Position numbers and translations under genes: made by a program
NCBI GenBank assembly: GCA_951406725.2
Contig: OX597830.1
Location: 12,896,001 to 12,960,000 of the forward strand
Length of the DNA stretch: 64,000 nt
Direction: 5' to 3'
From: Octopus vulgaris
Lineage: Eukaryota
The notes under the pieces: generated by a model
Databases searched by the model: none
The model's input: the letters and a program-made list of their open reading frames with translations, nothing else
Told to the model about the DNA's origin: nothing
Part shown: one piece after another, positions 1 through 12,730 of the stretch
Numbering within the stretch: position 1 is the stretch's first letter
Layout of the letters: each line of letters opens with the position of its first letter

Positions 1-697
1 CTCTTTCCTCTGATTCTTTGGTCTACTCTTCCCCTACCCTTCCATTTCTTTGTCTCGCTTTGCACTCACAGGTCAATCTTCGACACCCATCCCTTCTCCT
101 CTCTGATTCCTTCTTTCTCTCTCTTCTCTCCCCTTGTTGCGTTTGTCCCTCCTCTCTCTCTCTCTTCCTTCCTTTGCTTCTCTTTCTTTTCTTTTCTCTC
201 TTCTCTGTCACGTGACCGCTGGCCGAAATCTGTCTCTCAGCTTCCGACTAGCGACGTGTTAACATCGTTGTTTTTCGTCCGCCGCCAAGGCATCGCCGAT
301 AAGGCTCCTTTCCAAAATGCGCCAGAGAAAATTTGTTTGCTTGTTATCAGTCGTAAGACACTTGTTGTTTTCACCGTTAATGCTTCTGTATTTCATGTTT
401 CTGTATTCCATTATTGTTTTTTGCCTTTTATATTCGTCCTTTTTGCTGTCCCGGTGTTCGTATGCATTCGATCCTTCTTCCAGGAAATCTACGCTCCCAG
501 CTTAGTTTTTCTAATGCTCGTTGCTTAGTTTTTCTTGGAGGGCTGGCCGTATCTAGTAATCTCAAGATTAATCAGCCGAAATTACTACGATGATCCGGTT
601 CTTGACTGAAGACTGAGGGTTTCGAATGTCCTGTCCGTGTTTATTTATCGAAGAGTTATACGTTCTTGTCCATGTTGTATTTTTCTACATACCTTAA
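1..697 (+). mobile_element. Probable Penelope-like pseudo-LTR/3' end remnant ending at (TA)n
   Basis: Pyrimidine-rich leader, hammerhead core motifs at 554-616, T-rich tail (TGTATTTTTCTA, also on the minus strand near 58591-58602) abutting (TA)n at ~697. Confidence 0.5.
554..616 (+). ncRNA. Candidate hammerhead ribozyme with non-canonical strand order
   Basis: TAGTAAT-C-TCAAGA (554-567), GAAA-TTACTA (578-587), TCTTGA-CTGAAGA-CTGA (600-616); stems I and III perfect, stem II imperfect. Confidence 0.4.
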
Positions 698-937
698 TAT
701 ATATATATATATGTATATATATATGTATATATATATGTATATATATATGTATATATATATATGTATATATATATATACTACACAACATTTAAAAACAATG
801 TACATTCATCCCGAGAATGCCAGTGGTTCATCAATCATAAGTTTTTATGTGGAACAGTTTATGCCGACTGGTTGTCTTAAGTTCTCAGTTCTTTATTTCT
901 TAGTTTATGCTGACTGTGTGATCTACTTAAATCCTCC

Positions 938-1050
938 TCATTCTCATCATCATCATCATCATCATCGTCATCATCATCATCATCATCAACATCATCATCA
1001 TCCTCACCATCATCATCATCATCATCAACATCATCATCACCATCATCATC

Positions 1051-1100
<50 letters not shown>

Positions 1101-1131
1101 TATCATTATCATCGTCATCATCATCATCTCA
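938..1131. repeat. (CAT)n microsatellite
   Basis: Direct inspection. Confidence 0.95.
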
Positions 1132-2324
1132 TCTCTTCGTAGTTGTTTATTATTTGATATGATAATCATTATCACTCATCAGCAATATCGTTTGTTTTTT
1201 TCCCCCTTTGCCCCTAAACAGATCATCCCAGGTGTCCGAATGTATATTAAAACCGAGTAGGAACTTTTATCCATAATGTTTTCTTCTTGCGATGGATGTT
1301 CATTCATCAAATCGAATACCTTCAGTTATTAAGTATCTTCGACTAGGGACAATGAACTGCCCCAAAGTAAGCGATCACGAAAACATGCATCGATGTTGAA
1401 ACTTTCACTGCTGCTGCCTTGGGAATTAGAGATGCAGAACCACCTGTAAGACCCGCCAGAATAAACACTAGTAATCTGCTGCTGTTGAATTATTCGATAA
1501 TCCACCTTTTCCCAAGTATATAGGGAGAATATCAATAATCTCATTTTAGTTAACGGTATGCACTACACCATTTAATGTTTCGTTTATTTATCATTACAAG
1601 AGCTGCAAGACAAGCATTAGAAAAGCAGGAGAATCATTTGTGAATTATTTGACTTGAAAGCTATCTCGCCTCTCGAATTTCTGTTTGCCTTGATGGTCTC
1701 TTGCCAAGAGGATCTCTTCTAACGTTGCAGAATCCTCTCACCTGTAATTCAATCAATATACTTCTATAAGTATCACTCTTGTAGATCCCCTATTGACTGT
1801 TCGCTTTGCTTCTAATTTGCTTCTACACATACACAGCAATATTCTTTCTCAATTTTTCTTCTTAACTCTGCAGTATTGAAATCAATTGTGAACACTCGTA
1901 TGGTTCAAAGCCAAGCTTCTATTTGAATCAAATAATGTGCGCTCGAGAGACTCCTCTTATGCCAGCTAAACTTATCAGTCTGTCCCTCTCTCTTTCGAAA
2001 TCTGTCACAACCAATAAAAATACACTTCCAAGAAGCACCAATGTCTTTAACCTTGTTAACTACGTTTTATAATTGTCACTTTTAACAATTCAAAAGTAAT
2101 AAAAACAGTTGTCAACAACTACTTTCTTTATTGCACAGTCTCCTTCTCTTCATTGTATGCATGAATATAGTCTTACGTGAGCCAAATATACTAAAGAAAT
2201 GATTTCTCTTCGACAGTACAAGAAGTGGCCATCCCTCATGATAGATGTTTACCAGGTGATGAATACATGTGCATAGTATGTTTAACGTAGAATACATTCT
2301 GGCCAAAATTCAGAACGTAAATCT

Positions 2325-2595
2325 GAATCCAAAAGCAAGATGGCACCTGTGCCGGTGGCATGTGTAAAAGATTCGAGTGAGGTCGTTGCCGGTACCGCCT
2401 GACTGGCCCCGTGCCAGTAGCACGTAAAAGCACCCACTACACCCTCGGAGTGGTTGGCTTTACGAAGGGCATCCAGCTGTATAAACTCTGCCAGATCAAG
2501 ACTGAAGCCTGATGCAGTCATCTGGTTCACCAGCCCTCAGTCAAATCGTCCAACCCATGCTAGCATGGAAAGCGGACGTTAAACGATGATGATAA
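2325..2595 (+). mobile_element. 3' portion of an RTE-related SINE/non-autonomous retroelement
   Basis: GAAGGGCATCCAGCTGTA motif and 3' end CATGGAAAGCGGACGTTAAAC(GAT)n, resembling RTE-partnered elements. Confidence 0.6.
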
Positions 2596-2607
2596 TATAT
2601 ATATATA

Positions 2608-2787
2608 TAAATGGAGTTTAACGCAGGTATAAATCAAATACTTTTACTTCCGTTTCGAAGATTTCACTGATATTATTCAAAAGAATGAATGGTATAAAAC
2701 AATGCAATCTTCTCTTCTGTAGAGAATCTTCGAAACATGTGTCGAAAGTAAAAGTATTTGACTTATACTTGCGTTAAACTCTATTTA
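2608..2787. mobile_element. Small hairpin element beside (TA)n with decayed hammerhead
   Basis: GGAGTTTAACGCAGGTATAAATCAAATACTTTTACTT pairs with AAGTAAAAGTATTTGACTTATACTTGCGTTAAACTCT; CTGTAGA..GAAACATGTGTC at 2717-2743. Confidence 0.65.
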
Positions 2788-2914
2788 TTTATTTATATAT
2801 TATACAAAAAATTCCACATAAACTCGAAGTTTCTACCTTTAAAAACAAAGATTATTTGTGTGATTTTTTGCTATCTATTTTTTCCGTGTTAATTGTTAAC
2901 AAGGGAAAAATACA

Positions 2915-2992
<78 letters not shown>

Positions 2993-3599
2993 CACATACA
3001 AGCAAAAACGAATTCCTTGATTTTTGGCAATGGTAATGTCGAGGGAGTAGAATGAGAAAGAAAAATTCTACACCTTGCAACTTCCTGAAAATTATTAAGA
3101 ATAAAAAATAAACAAATATATATTCTACAAACAAATTCCAAATACAGTTTAATTATCCTGGTGAAGTAATTTGATTTAGCAAACATTATTTGAAAGATTT
3201 GTGAAAATAGTTATATTTGAATACGAGCATCACTATTTGGTATAAAATATAACTGAAAAACAAGCAATTTTTTGGAAATGTCCATTTTTTCTATTCTTTT
3301 TAATGGCGTTTTTTAGTAACTCTGATACCACCACTGAATTAGGAAAACAAAATATTTATTTTAGATATTCATTTAATAAATAATATTACATAGTGTACTT
3401 GTAGTTATCAAGAAAATAAATTCTTACTTGGCAGAAAACAGAGTAAATAGTTATCATGTAATATCAAAATAGTGTATGGTCAACGCTCAAGGAAGATAAT
3501 GTATAACAGAGATATCAGCTTTACAAATACATTTTGGTTGGGCTGTTACGCAAAAGCAGCAAAGAGCAAAGTCAGGAAAAATACAATTCAAGCCTGTGG

Positions 3600-3983
3600 A
3601 ATTAGATACGAAACAAGAATGACCTCCCTCAGTTTGGATGTAAATCTGTGCTTAATATATCATTCATACATGCCTTTACGATTGGACATTTGAGATAAAT
3701 GTGTTCTGTCTGAAATAAATGGATTCTATGGCAGCCATGATAATTCCATCTTAATGTACCTTGTTAATTTATGATGTTGAGTTGCAACCGATTCCACCAT
3801 AGCAAGGAATGATGTGGAGGTGGAGAAGCAGATTTAAGCAAGGATTTCTATCACCTCAACCGATATGGTTCTGCATATTAAGCAACGTGTCCTTTGTTTC
3901 GACATCATGAACATAATCTCATTATCTCATTGTCCTAACAATATTCAGCTTGTGATAACCTTTTTCACACCGAGAATCTGTGA
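3600..3983 (+). pseudogene. Possible highly decayed piggyBac-type transposase fragment
   Basis: Fragmentary YMP and CDNxFT-like motifs (TGTGATAACCTTTTTCACA at ~3951) across frameshifts. Confidence 0.3.
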
Positions 3984-3984
3984 T

Positions 3985-4080
<96 letters not shown>

Positions 4081-4331
4081 TTGTTAACAAGGGAAAAATA
4101 CACACATCTATTTATATCTCTCTTTTCTCTTTTACTTGTTTCAGTCATTTGACTGCGGCCATGCTGGAGCACCGACTTTCGTCGAGCAAATCGACCCAAG
4201 ACTTATTCTTTGTAAGCCCAGTACTTATTCTATCGGTCTCTTTTGCCGAACCGCTAAGTTACGGGGACGCAAGCACACCAGCATCGGTTGTCAAGCGATG
4301 TTGGAGGGGACAAACACAGACACACAAACAT

Positions 4332-4370
<39 letters not shown>

Positions 4371-4376
<6 letters not shown>

Positions 4377-4814
4377 TATTAGAGACAAAACCACTATTTT
4401 GCAAAACAAACAAGGAAAGACTTAATCAATACATAAAATTTTAATAAATAGTCAAAAAAACCGCCACTACAATCGTTTCTTGTCTTGATCGACAATCTTC
4501 AGGTGGACTTCAATAATTCAGTTTCAAATTATAAAGGAAATGATAAAGGAATAAACGACTATCTTATGAACTTCACTAGTTTATAGCTGTTTCTGCAGCT
4601 GAGTGTCCGAACAACACGTTACAGCTTCACCAGAACCATTCAACTAGGAATCCACGGCATCTTATAAAAGAAACAGTTGTCACTTAATAAAGTTCATGAG
4701 ATAATCGTTTATTCCTTTCTGATCTCATTTTCATATTACCACTTTATACTCGACTAGCACTTCGTTCTGAAGCAAACACATATTGAGTTCTACACCAGTC
4801 ATGCAATGCCTAAG

Positions 4815-4816
<2 letters not shown>
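4371..4816 (-). mobile_element. Hammerhead-bearing Penelope-like-derived insert in (TA)n
   Basis: Bounded by (TA)n on both sides; 4378-4500 homologous to 13831-13965; contains hammerhead 4464-4506. Confidence 0.75.
4464..4506 (-). ncRNA. Minimal type I hammerhead ribozyme
   Basis: Minus strand CCAC-CUGAAGA-UUGUC(GAUCAA)GACAA-GAAA-C(GAUU)G-UA-GUGG: full core, 4-bp stem I, 5-bp stem II. Confidence 0.85.
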
Positions 4817-4899
<83 letters not shown>

Positions 4900-5071
4900 T
4901 ACATACATATATATACGACGGGCTTCTTTCAGTTTCCGTCTACCAAATCCACTCACAAGGCTTTGGTCGGCCCGAGGCTATAGTAGAAGACACTTGCCCA
5001 AGGTGCCACGCAGTGGAACTGAACCCGAAACTTTGTGGTTGATAAGCAAGCTACTTACCACACAGCCACTC

Positions 5072-5161
<90 letters not shown>

Positions 5162-5443
5162 CTTAGGCATTGCATGACTGGTGTAGAACTCAATATGTGT
5201 TTGCTTCAGAACGAAGTGCTAGTCGAGTATAAAGTGGTAATATGAAAATGAGATCAGAAAGGAATAAACGATTATCTCATGAACTTCATTAAGTGACAAC
5301 TGTTTCTTTTATAAGATGCCGTGGATTCCTAGTTGAATGGTTCTGGTGAAGCTGTAACGTGTTGTTCGGACACTCAGCTGCAGAAACAGCTATAAACTAG
5401 TGAAGTTCATAAGATAGTCGTTTATTCCTTTATCATTTCCTTT
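4534..5443. repeat. Inverted repeat, ~285-bp arms (4534-4818 / 5157-5443)
   Basis: Near-identical reverse complements enclosing (TA)n-SINE head-(TA)n. Confidence 0.95.
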
Positions 5444-5463
5444 TCTTATATATATATATATAT

Positions 5464-5604
<141 letters not shown>

Positions 5605-5645
5605 CCTTCCAATTTTATTTTGTTATGTATATACACACACACACG

Positions 5646-5684
<39 letters not shown>

Positions 5685-5699
5685 GTAAGTATGTATACA

Positions 5700-6957
5700 T
5701 TAACATCGTCAAGCTAATATGGCAGTCCATAAATATAGGAAGAAAGCTGCCGTTGATTAGCTCCAAGAGGGCATCGCCTCTAGCTAGCTATATGACACAA
5801 GAACCTGTGTCCATTATAACCTCCAAACAGCCTTTGAATATCGCAATATATCACTTATACAACTCCTGTTGAACAGTAAAGAAAGAAACGTGTATATTCT
5901 ATGCCTACTCAAAAGTGATAGCAACAATATCTTCAGAGTTAGAGAAATATTGTGCAGGTACTCTGAAAATACAATTGTCTGATGCGACCCAAAAGAGGCT
6001 GGATTGGCCTACTTAAACAGAAACTTCGAGAAGCATGCATCATACCAACAGAAAGCAATGCATAGGTACAAATTCCCATAAGCTAGGGGGCAATTCAACA
6101 TTGGCAGGATGAGTAGATTCTGCTGAACCTGCGATAGATACATAACATCCCGTCTAGAAGGATATGCCTTCGCCATCCAGGAACAGGATAGCTACTAAAT
6201 ACCTGATAAACAAGAGGCGTAAAGGTGGTGCCACCAAACCTCCATGTGATAAAATAAATCGGCTCTTCTGTACCAGTGTGGAAGAAATCACCTCACTTCA
6301 TCAGCAGCTGCTCTGAAACGTCTATGAGATACTATCTGTCCTTGAGGCATGATACAGTTGCGAAGATTATTTACAATGCTATCCACAGGAAGGACAGACC
6401 CGATATGTACATCAAATGCATGCCAGAACCAGCAGGTATTCACATCTTTAAAAACAATGAATACTGGTGGAATACCCCAATAAAAACACCAATTCGGTGC
6501 AAGCATAACAGACCTGATATTGTTCTGTGGGACAGGGAACAAGAGTCATGCACTGTTGTAGAGGCCAGATGCCCAGCGGATGTGAATGTACAATCAAAAG
6601 TCCAGGGAAAAGAGAACATCTATGGCGAATTAAAGCAGAACTTACAGCTCTTGTACCCTGACTATGAATTCTCATTTGTACCTTTCATCATAGGTACACT
6701 AAGTTATGTACTAACAAATTCATACAAAAATATAGAAATATTCGATTTTACAGAAAAACAGCAAAACAAACTGATGCGGATTCTCCAAATCCAATCTATT
6801 AGTGGCACAGCGAAGATATGTAAGACATTCCAAAAATTCTTATGTGAATACTTGGATGTATGCATTGACAATTGAACCAACACACAAACTCGACCACGTA
6901 TTTACGAACACCGGGAACGCTCTCAAGAAGAACTTAAATTAAACTCTAAGAAAAGTC
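5700..6957 (+). mobile_element. Internally deleted R4/Dong-like non-LTR retrotransposon (CCHC + restriction-like endonuclease)
   Basis: ORF 6276-6875 has HFISSC..LRHD..HNRPDIVLWD..VE.RCP.D..K..Y motifs; upstream frameshifted; flanked by microsatellites. Confidence 0.85.
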
Positions 6958-6999
6958 ATACATACATATATTTGTGTGCGTGTGTGAGTATATATACGC

Positions 7000-7045
<46 letters not shown>

Positions 7046-9644
7046 GGAATAAGCCTTTTAGAGTTTGATTTGTAATGAATCTTTTCTTTGTTTTTCAACC
7101 ATTTGACGATAAGGAGCATTTTTGCAGTGTCTATTTTCATTAATTTCATTGTAATTATAGTACATTAAATACGACGCAGGGCTTTGCAGTTTGATTGAGT
7201 AGTTAGAATTAAGCTTCAGTGTCAAATGGGAAAAAACTACAAAAGGGGACTCGAGTTCGCCATAAACATGTTTTCTGTTTTATTTTGGTTTTTTTTGTGT
7301 GTGTGTGTTTTGCTTTTTTTACACATGTTTACGATTCATTCTTATCATTAAATGTAAACAAGCTAGCAAATTAGACTGAAGAAAATATTTCATACAACAT
7401 GTAGTTGCTCTTTAAGGGACATATAGTAAAATATTTACAGGTACATACATAAAAAAAATATAGCAACCTAAAATTAGTTTCTTATTACAACTTGATGTAG
7501 AAAAATCCGTCATTCCTAATAAGAACAGCTGTTCTCTTAAGAATGAGAATATTTTTTTAATAACTTCTTTAAAAAAAATTGGGGGAGTTGCTAACGATGC
7601 CACAAGATGCTTATTTTCTTTCCCCATCTATGAGACAAAATTCAATTCATTAAGATTTTTGTGAAGTATGTCATTCTGTACAGCAACATTTACTCGATTT
7701 ATCTTAATCTACTTAATCCATGCCATTGGCAGATTTGAGTTGTTTCCCTTATCTTATTTTTCTTTAAATGATATTAGTTTTCGTTTGGTTTTTTTTGTTT
7801 TTTTTTTGTTGTATTTTGCTTTTCCTTCGTAGTTTAAACATCATAGTGATTTTTCTCGCTTGGTCGTTTCAACTTGACTCAGAAACTAAGATAATAACTT
7901 TTCAACACAGGACTTATAAGAAAAGAGTAAAGTTGTTTGTCTACTTCACAAGTTAATTTCCATCTAATTCCCGATAATGATAGTTCTTACGTGCAATGGA
8001 AATGTCTATATTTTTAGTTCTTACATTCCAAAAATAACTCCTAACGTCGTCTAAATAGTTTAGCTAAATACAAAGTAGATAAAGCCGTGAGTATATAGTT
8101 TTAGACAGACTAGCAGTCATACATAAATCAAAATAGACGTTCAGGGGAAAAAATCTGGAAAGTTCAAAGGAAATGTTTAAAGGTCTTAAAAATTGTAGTG
8201 ATATGATTAGAAATGTTACTACAATCAGCATTATATTTGTGTTGATATGAGAGAAATTATATTACAGAAAGGAGCGAGGAAAGCATTTTGCCCGGTGCGC
8301 TAACGATTCTGCCAGTTTCCCACTTGAAGCTTTTAAAGTACATTGATTGCAAACCAAATCATGAGAATAAAGGCACAGACATAGCAAAAAAGAAAATATG
8401 TACCAATTCAACTGAAAATAGATACAAATGAAGAAAGTTTTCAGACTGTGTAACTAACTGTGTAATCAGAGAAAATATAAACCAAGAAGAATATAATCTA
8501 GAAAAATGTATATAACTTTAATAACGTAGGTGTACTTAAAATATTTTATACTTTTTTTTTATTCTGCACACTTGTGTATGTTCATGAAGAGATATTTTTT
8601 AGATAAAAGACAAACCATTTGACCATAATTACTCATTTATATTATCATGTTTTTGCTTACTATTTTAGATGTAATTTTAAATATCTTGTAATTAAATATC
8701 TTGGCTCAGGTATCTTAGCGAAAACTTTGCTATTAGTTTTTTATGCAGCAGACGTCCTTAGGTATTTCCCCGCTCATTCTTTTCAGTTATCACGCCACTC
8801 AATATTAGTGAAAAACCTTTATTTTTCTCTCGTCATTCAAAGATTTTACAGTAAATGTTAGGCTCTGTTTACTTGTGTAGTCGTAATATTAAAGATAAGT
8901 CTGATGGAAAATATACTTGAAGAATATGGTAATTATAGTTAAAATATAAAATAGTTTCACGACTAATTCCTGTGAATGACTTGGCGTGTTTTGGTAGGAA
9001 TCAGAAACATGAGAATAGTTTCAAATGTCCATAGCATTTCATACACAACGGAATTTTATATTCTATATAAGAAACTTAACCTCGGTGATCTGTATCCCAA
9101 GTTTTCAATTCTATTCATGTTATGATCGTACATCTGCTTAAAGATTCTCTCAATGCTTCGGATAATAGAGTGAAGTATATTCTTCGCTGAAGAGGTCTAA
9201 TAAGTTCAAAATCTACCCAGAGTTGTCTTCCGTGCTTGCTCATTACTCATTGAGCTGATATTGTCCTTCCTTCACTACATAATTAATTCTAATTAAGTGA
9301 CTAATGTCCACGATATTCAATATGTTAGCATTTACTTAACTTAGTCACTGTTTCACGTTTTACAATTTTAGAAGTTGAAAAGTTGCGCAAGGGACACAAA
9401 GGGGTCAATGACTGACGCTCTATTAGTTTGCTTGATCTGCTTGAAATCGCAACCATATCTCCTTCGATTGCACTTTATTGCAAATTAAATATTGAAGTAC
9501 TAAACAACTATAAAAAAAAGACGGGATGATCATGACTGGAACGCCTTTGAATCTATGTTTACTCCGTTAAGCTTGATCTGGGACTAAACAGCAGTCAGAC
9601 TCTTCAGACACAGTTTTTCAGTTCTACAAACTAAAATGCATATC

Positions 9645-9872
9645 TCTCTTTTTACTCTTTTTACTTGTTTCAGTCATTTGACTGCGGCCATGCTGGAGCA
9701 CCGCCTTTAGTCGAGCAAATAGACCCCGGGACTTATTCTTTGTAAGCCCAGTACTTATTCTATCGGTCTATTTTGCCGAACCGCTAAGTAACGGGGACAT
9801 AAACACACCAGCATTGGTTGTCAAGCAATGCTAGGGGGACAAACACAGACACACAAACATATACACACACAT

Positions 9873-9926
<54 letters not shown>

Positions 9927-10283
9927 GACAGGCTTCTTTCAGTTTCCGTCTACCAAATCCACTCACAAGGCATTGGTCGGCCCGGGGCTATAGCAGAAGA
10001 CACTTGCCCAAGATGCCACGCAGTGGGACTGAACCCGGAAAACCATGTGGTTGGTTAGCAAGCTACTTACCACACAGCCACTCCTGCGCATATGTGTATA
10101 CATATATATATACATATATATGACGGGCTTCTTTCAGTTTCCGTCTACCAAATCCACTCACAAGGCATTGGTCGGCCCGGGGCTATAGCAGAAGACACTT
10201 GCCCAAGATGCCACGCAGTGGACTGAACCCGGAAAACCATGTGGTTGGTTAGCAAGCTACTTACCACACAGCCACTCCTGCGC

Positions 10284-10351
<68 letters not shown>

Positions 10352-10513
10352 CGGGCTTCTTTCAGTTTCCGTCTACCAAATCCACTCACAAGGCATTGGT
10401 CGGCCCGGGGCTATAGCAGAAGACACTTGCCCAAGATGCCACGCAGTGGGACTGAACCCGGAAAACCATGTGGTTGGTAAGCAAGCTACTTACCACACAG
10501 CCACTCCTGCGCC
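9645..10513 (-). mobile_element. SINE family A with triplicated tRNA-like head
   Basis: One tail (9645-9860) and heads at ~9925-10090, 10120-10283 and 10349-10513 separated by (TA)n. Confidence 0.9.
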
Positions 10514-11239
10514 TATATATATATATATATACATAAACAGTGCATTTTATTTGTAGAATACACTGCATATGGTATTTATGTAGTCGGTTGTTCAGTTTAT
10601 TTCGTTTAATTTATCCTAATATATAAGTCTGTTGATTGTGATTTATGGTGAAAGCTGTTTTATTGTGATGAACAAAGTAGGCAGGTGCGAAAGACATCCA
10701 GGATTCAATTGTGACGTTAAAATTAAGACGCATATTATTGTTGTTGAATCTGCTTTACTTCTTGTGCATTGAAAGCAACATCCTCAAAAACAGATTTTCA
10801 ACCAATTATATAATAATTTATTGCAATGAAACACTGCAATTTTCAAGTTAAAAATGTCAATGCTTATGTATATTAGCGACAGATGCAGTATTAATACAGA
10901 GAGGCAATATTTCTCCTTACTCAGACGTAGATATTTCAGTTAGAAAAAATTATACTGCGGTAGATATCATGAGAGAAACTCTCATATATCGCTGGCGGGG
11001 AGATGAGTCGCTGCTATTTCTAGCGGTCGTGTGTTCATCATTGACAAAACCAAGGAAGGCCGAAATCACGTAATCTAGTGGATTCGGCGCTAGAGGTGGC
11101 AGAGATTTATCTCTCCGATACCGATATAGAAAAGAGTGCAATTTACGCCAAGAACCAATATGAGAGTTTCTTTTGTGGTATCTACCGCAGAATAGTTTGA
11201 TTTGACTGAACATCCACGTTTAAGTGGGGATAATTAATA

Positions 11240-11841
11240 CCTATTTCTTTACTACCCACAAGGGGCTAAACACAGAAGGGACAAACAAGGACAGACAAAC
11301 GGATTAAGTCGATTATATCGACCCCAGTGCGTAACTGGTACTTATTTAATCGACCCCGAAAGGATGAAAGGCAAAGTCGACCTCGGTGGAATTTGAACTC
11401 AGAACGTAGCGGCAGACGAAATACCTATATCTTTACTACCCATAAGGGGCTAAACAAGGAGGGGACAAACATGGACAGACAAACGGATTAAGTCGATTAT
11501 ATCAACCCCAGTGCGAAACTGGTATTTATTTAATCGACCCCGAAAGGATGAAAGGCAAAGTCGACCTCGGTGGAATTTGAACTCAGAACGTAGCGGCAGA
11601 CGAAATACCTATATCTTTACTACCCATAAGGGGCTAAACAAAGAGAGAACAAACAAGGACAGACAAATGGATTAAGTCGATTATATCGACCCCAGTGCGT
11701 AACTGGTATTTAATTTATCGACCCCGAAAGGATGAAAGGCAAAGTCGACCTCGGCGGAATTTGAACTCAGAACGTAACGGCAGACGAAATACTGCTAAGC
11801 ATTTCTCCCGGCGTGCTAACGTTTCTGCCAGTTCGCCGCCT
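11240..11841 (-). mobile_element. SINE family C with three tandem ~183-bp body units
   Basis: Repeated CGACCCCGAAAGGATGAAAGGCAAAGTCGACCTCGG; single head; flanked by GGGA(T/A)AATTAATACCT direct repeat. Confidence 0.9.
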
Positions 11842-12621
11842 TGGGAAAATTAATACCTCTCGGTAATGTTTACTATGGCCGACTGAAGTTAAAGGCCCTG
11901 ATACGTTTTACCAGAAGCCTCAAATATTCTTAGGACGTCCAATTTTGTTATTACTAAGTGTTCAATAGCACAGTGTTGCTATATAAACAAAATTCTGTTT
12001 GTAGAGAGATTGTAAATTCACAAAGCGTTTTATGTTAAAAACATTTTCAACAGTTCTGACAAAACAAAATAAAATAAAATTGCCGGGTTTCGAAATCATT
12101 TAAGCTGTTTAATTGGACATTAGCAAAAGGTTTCTGTAGAAAATTGCCTCCTTCAATAAAAATAATTGTCATTTCCTTTTACCTTTGTTAAAAACCAAAC
12201 AGTAATTTTATTTGACGATTTCAACAGCCTCAATTATAGAGTTCTTTTTCCCTCCAGGTTAAAAGTAAATGATGTGTAAAACTGAAAACACGGCTGAAAA
12301 CACTTTAGTCTTCTTCTCCTAAAGGTTATCTATATGTAGTAATTCAATGCTTTCCTTTATCCAAGACTAAAAATCGTACTTCGAAATGGTGATTCTATAG
12401 AATAACCTTTTTATGTGGCATTTTTCGTAATTTGCTATACAATTCTAGAGATGTGAGTTCGAAATAAGAAACTTTTTTTTTCCCCTCATAATTTTTACTC
12501 TTTTATCACTCAAACTTTCGGGAAAGGAAGGCATGTTCAACTCTTCGAAATAAGAAGCATCTGTAAATATGACAGAATTGCTGACCTAGGCTAATCAAAA
12601 TTACATGCTGACAAGCAGATG

Positions 12622-12672
<51 letters not shown>

Positions 12673-12675
12673 ACA

Positions 12676-12729
<54 letters not shown>

Positions 12730-12730
<1 letters not shown>

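Larger units (their letters stand above)
4120..5074 (-). mobile_element. tRNA-derived SINE family A, split: tail 4120-4341, head 4915-5074
   Basis: Matches intact copies such as 19125-19570; internal (TA)n interrupted by 4371-4816. Confidence 0.9.

Noticed and set aside
606-640. Conventional type I hammerhead starting at CTGAAGA
   Set aside because: Downstream has GAAT, not GAAA, and no stem I partner; only the permuted pairing fits
6276-6875. 199-aa ORF as a host nuclease gene
   Set aside because: C-terminal domain of a frameshifted R4/Dong-like retrotransposon
7100-9640. Unique-looking AT-rich stretch as host exons
   Set aside because: No ORF with recognisable protein features; small exons cannot be excluded without RNA data
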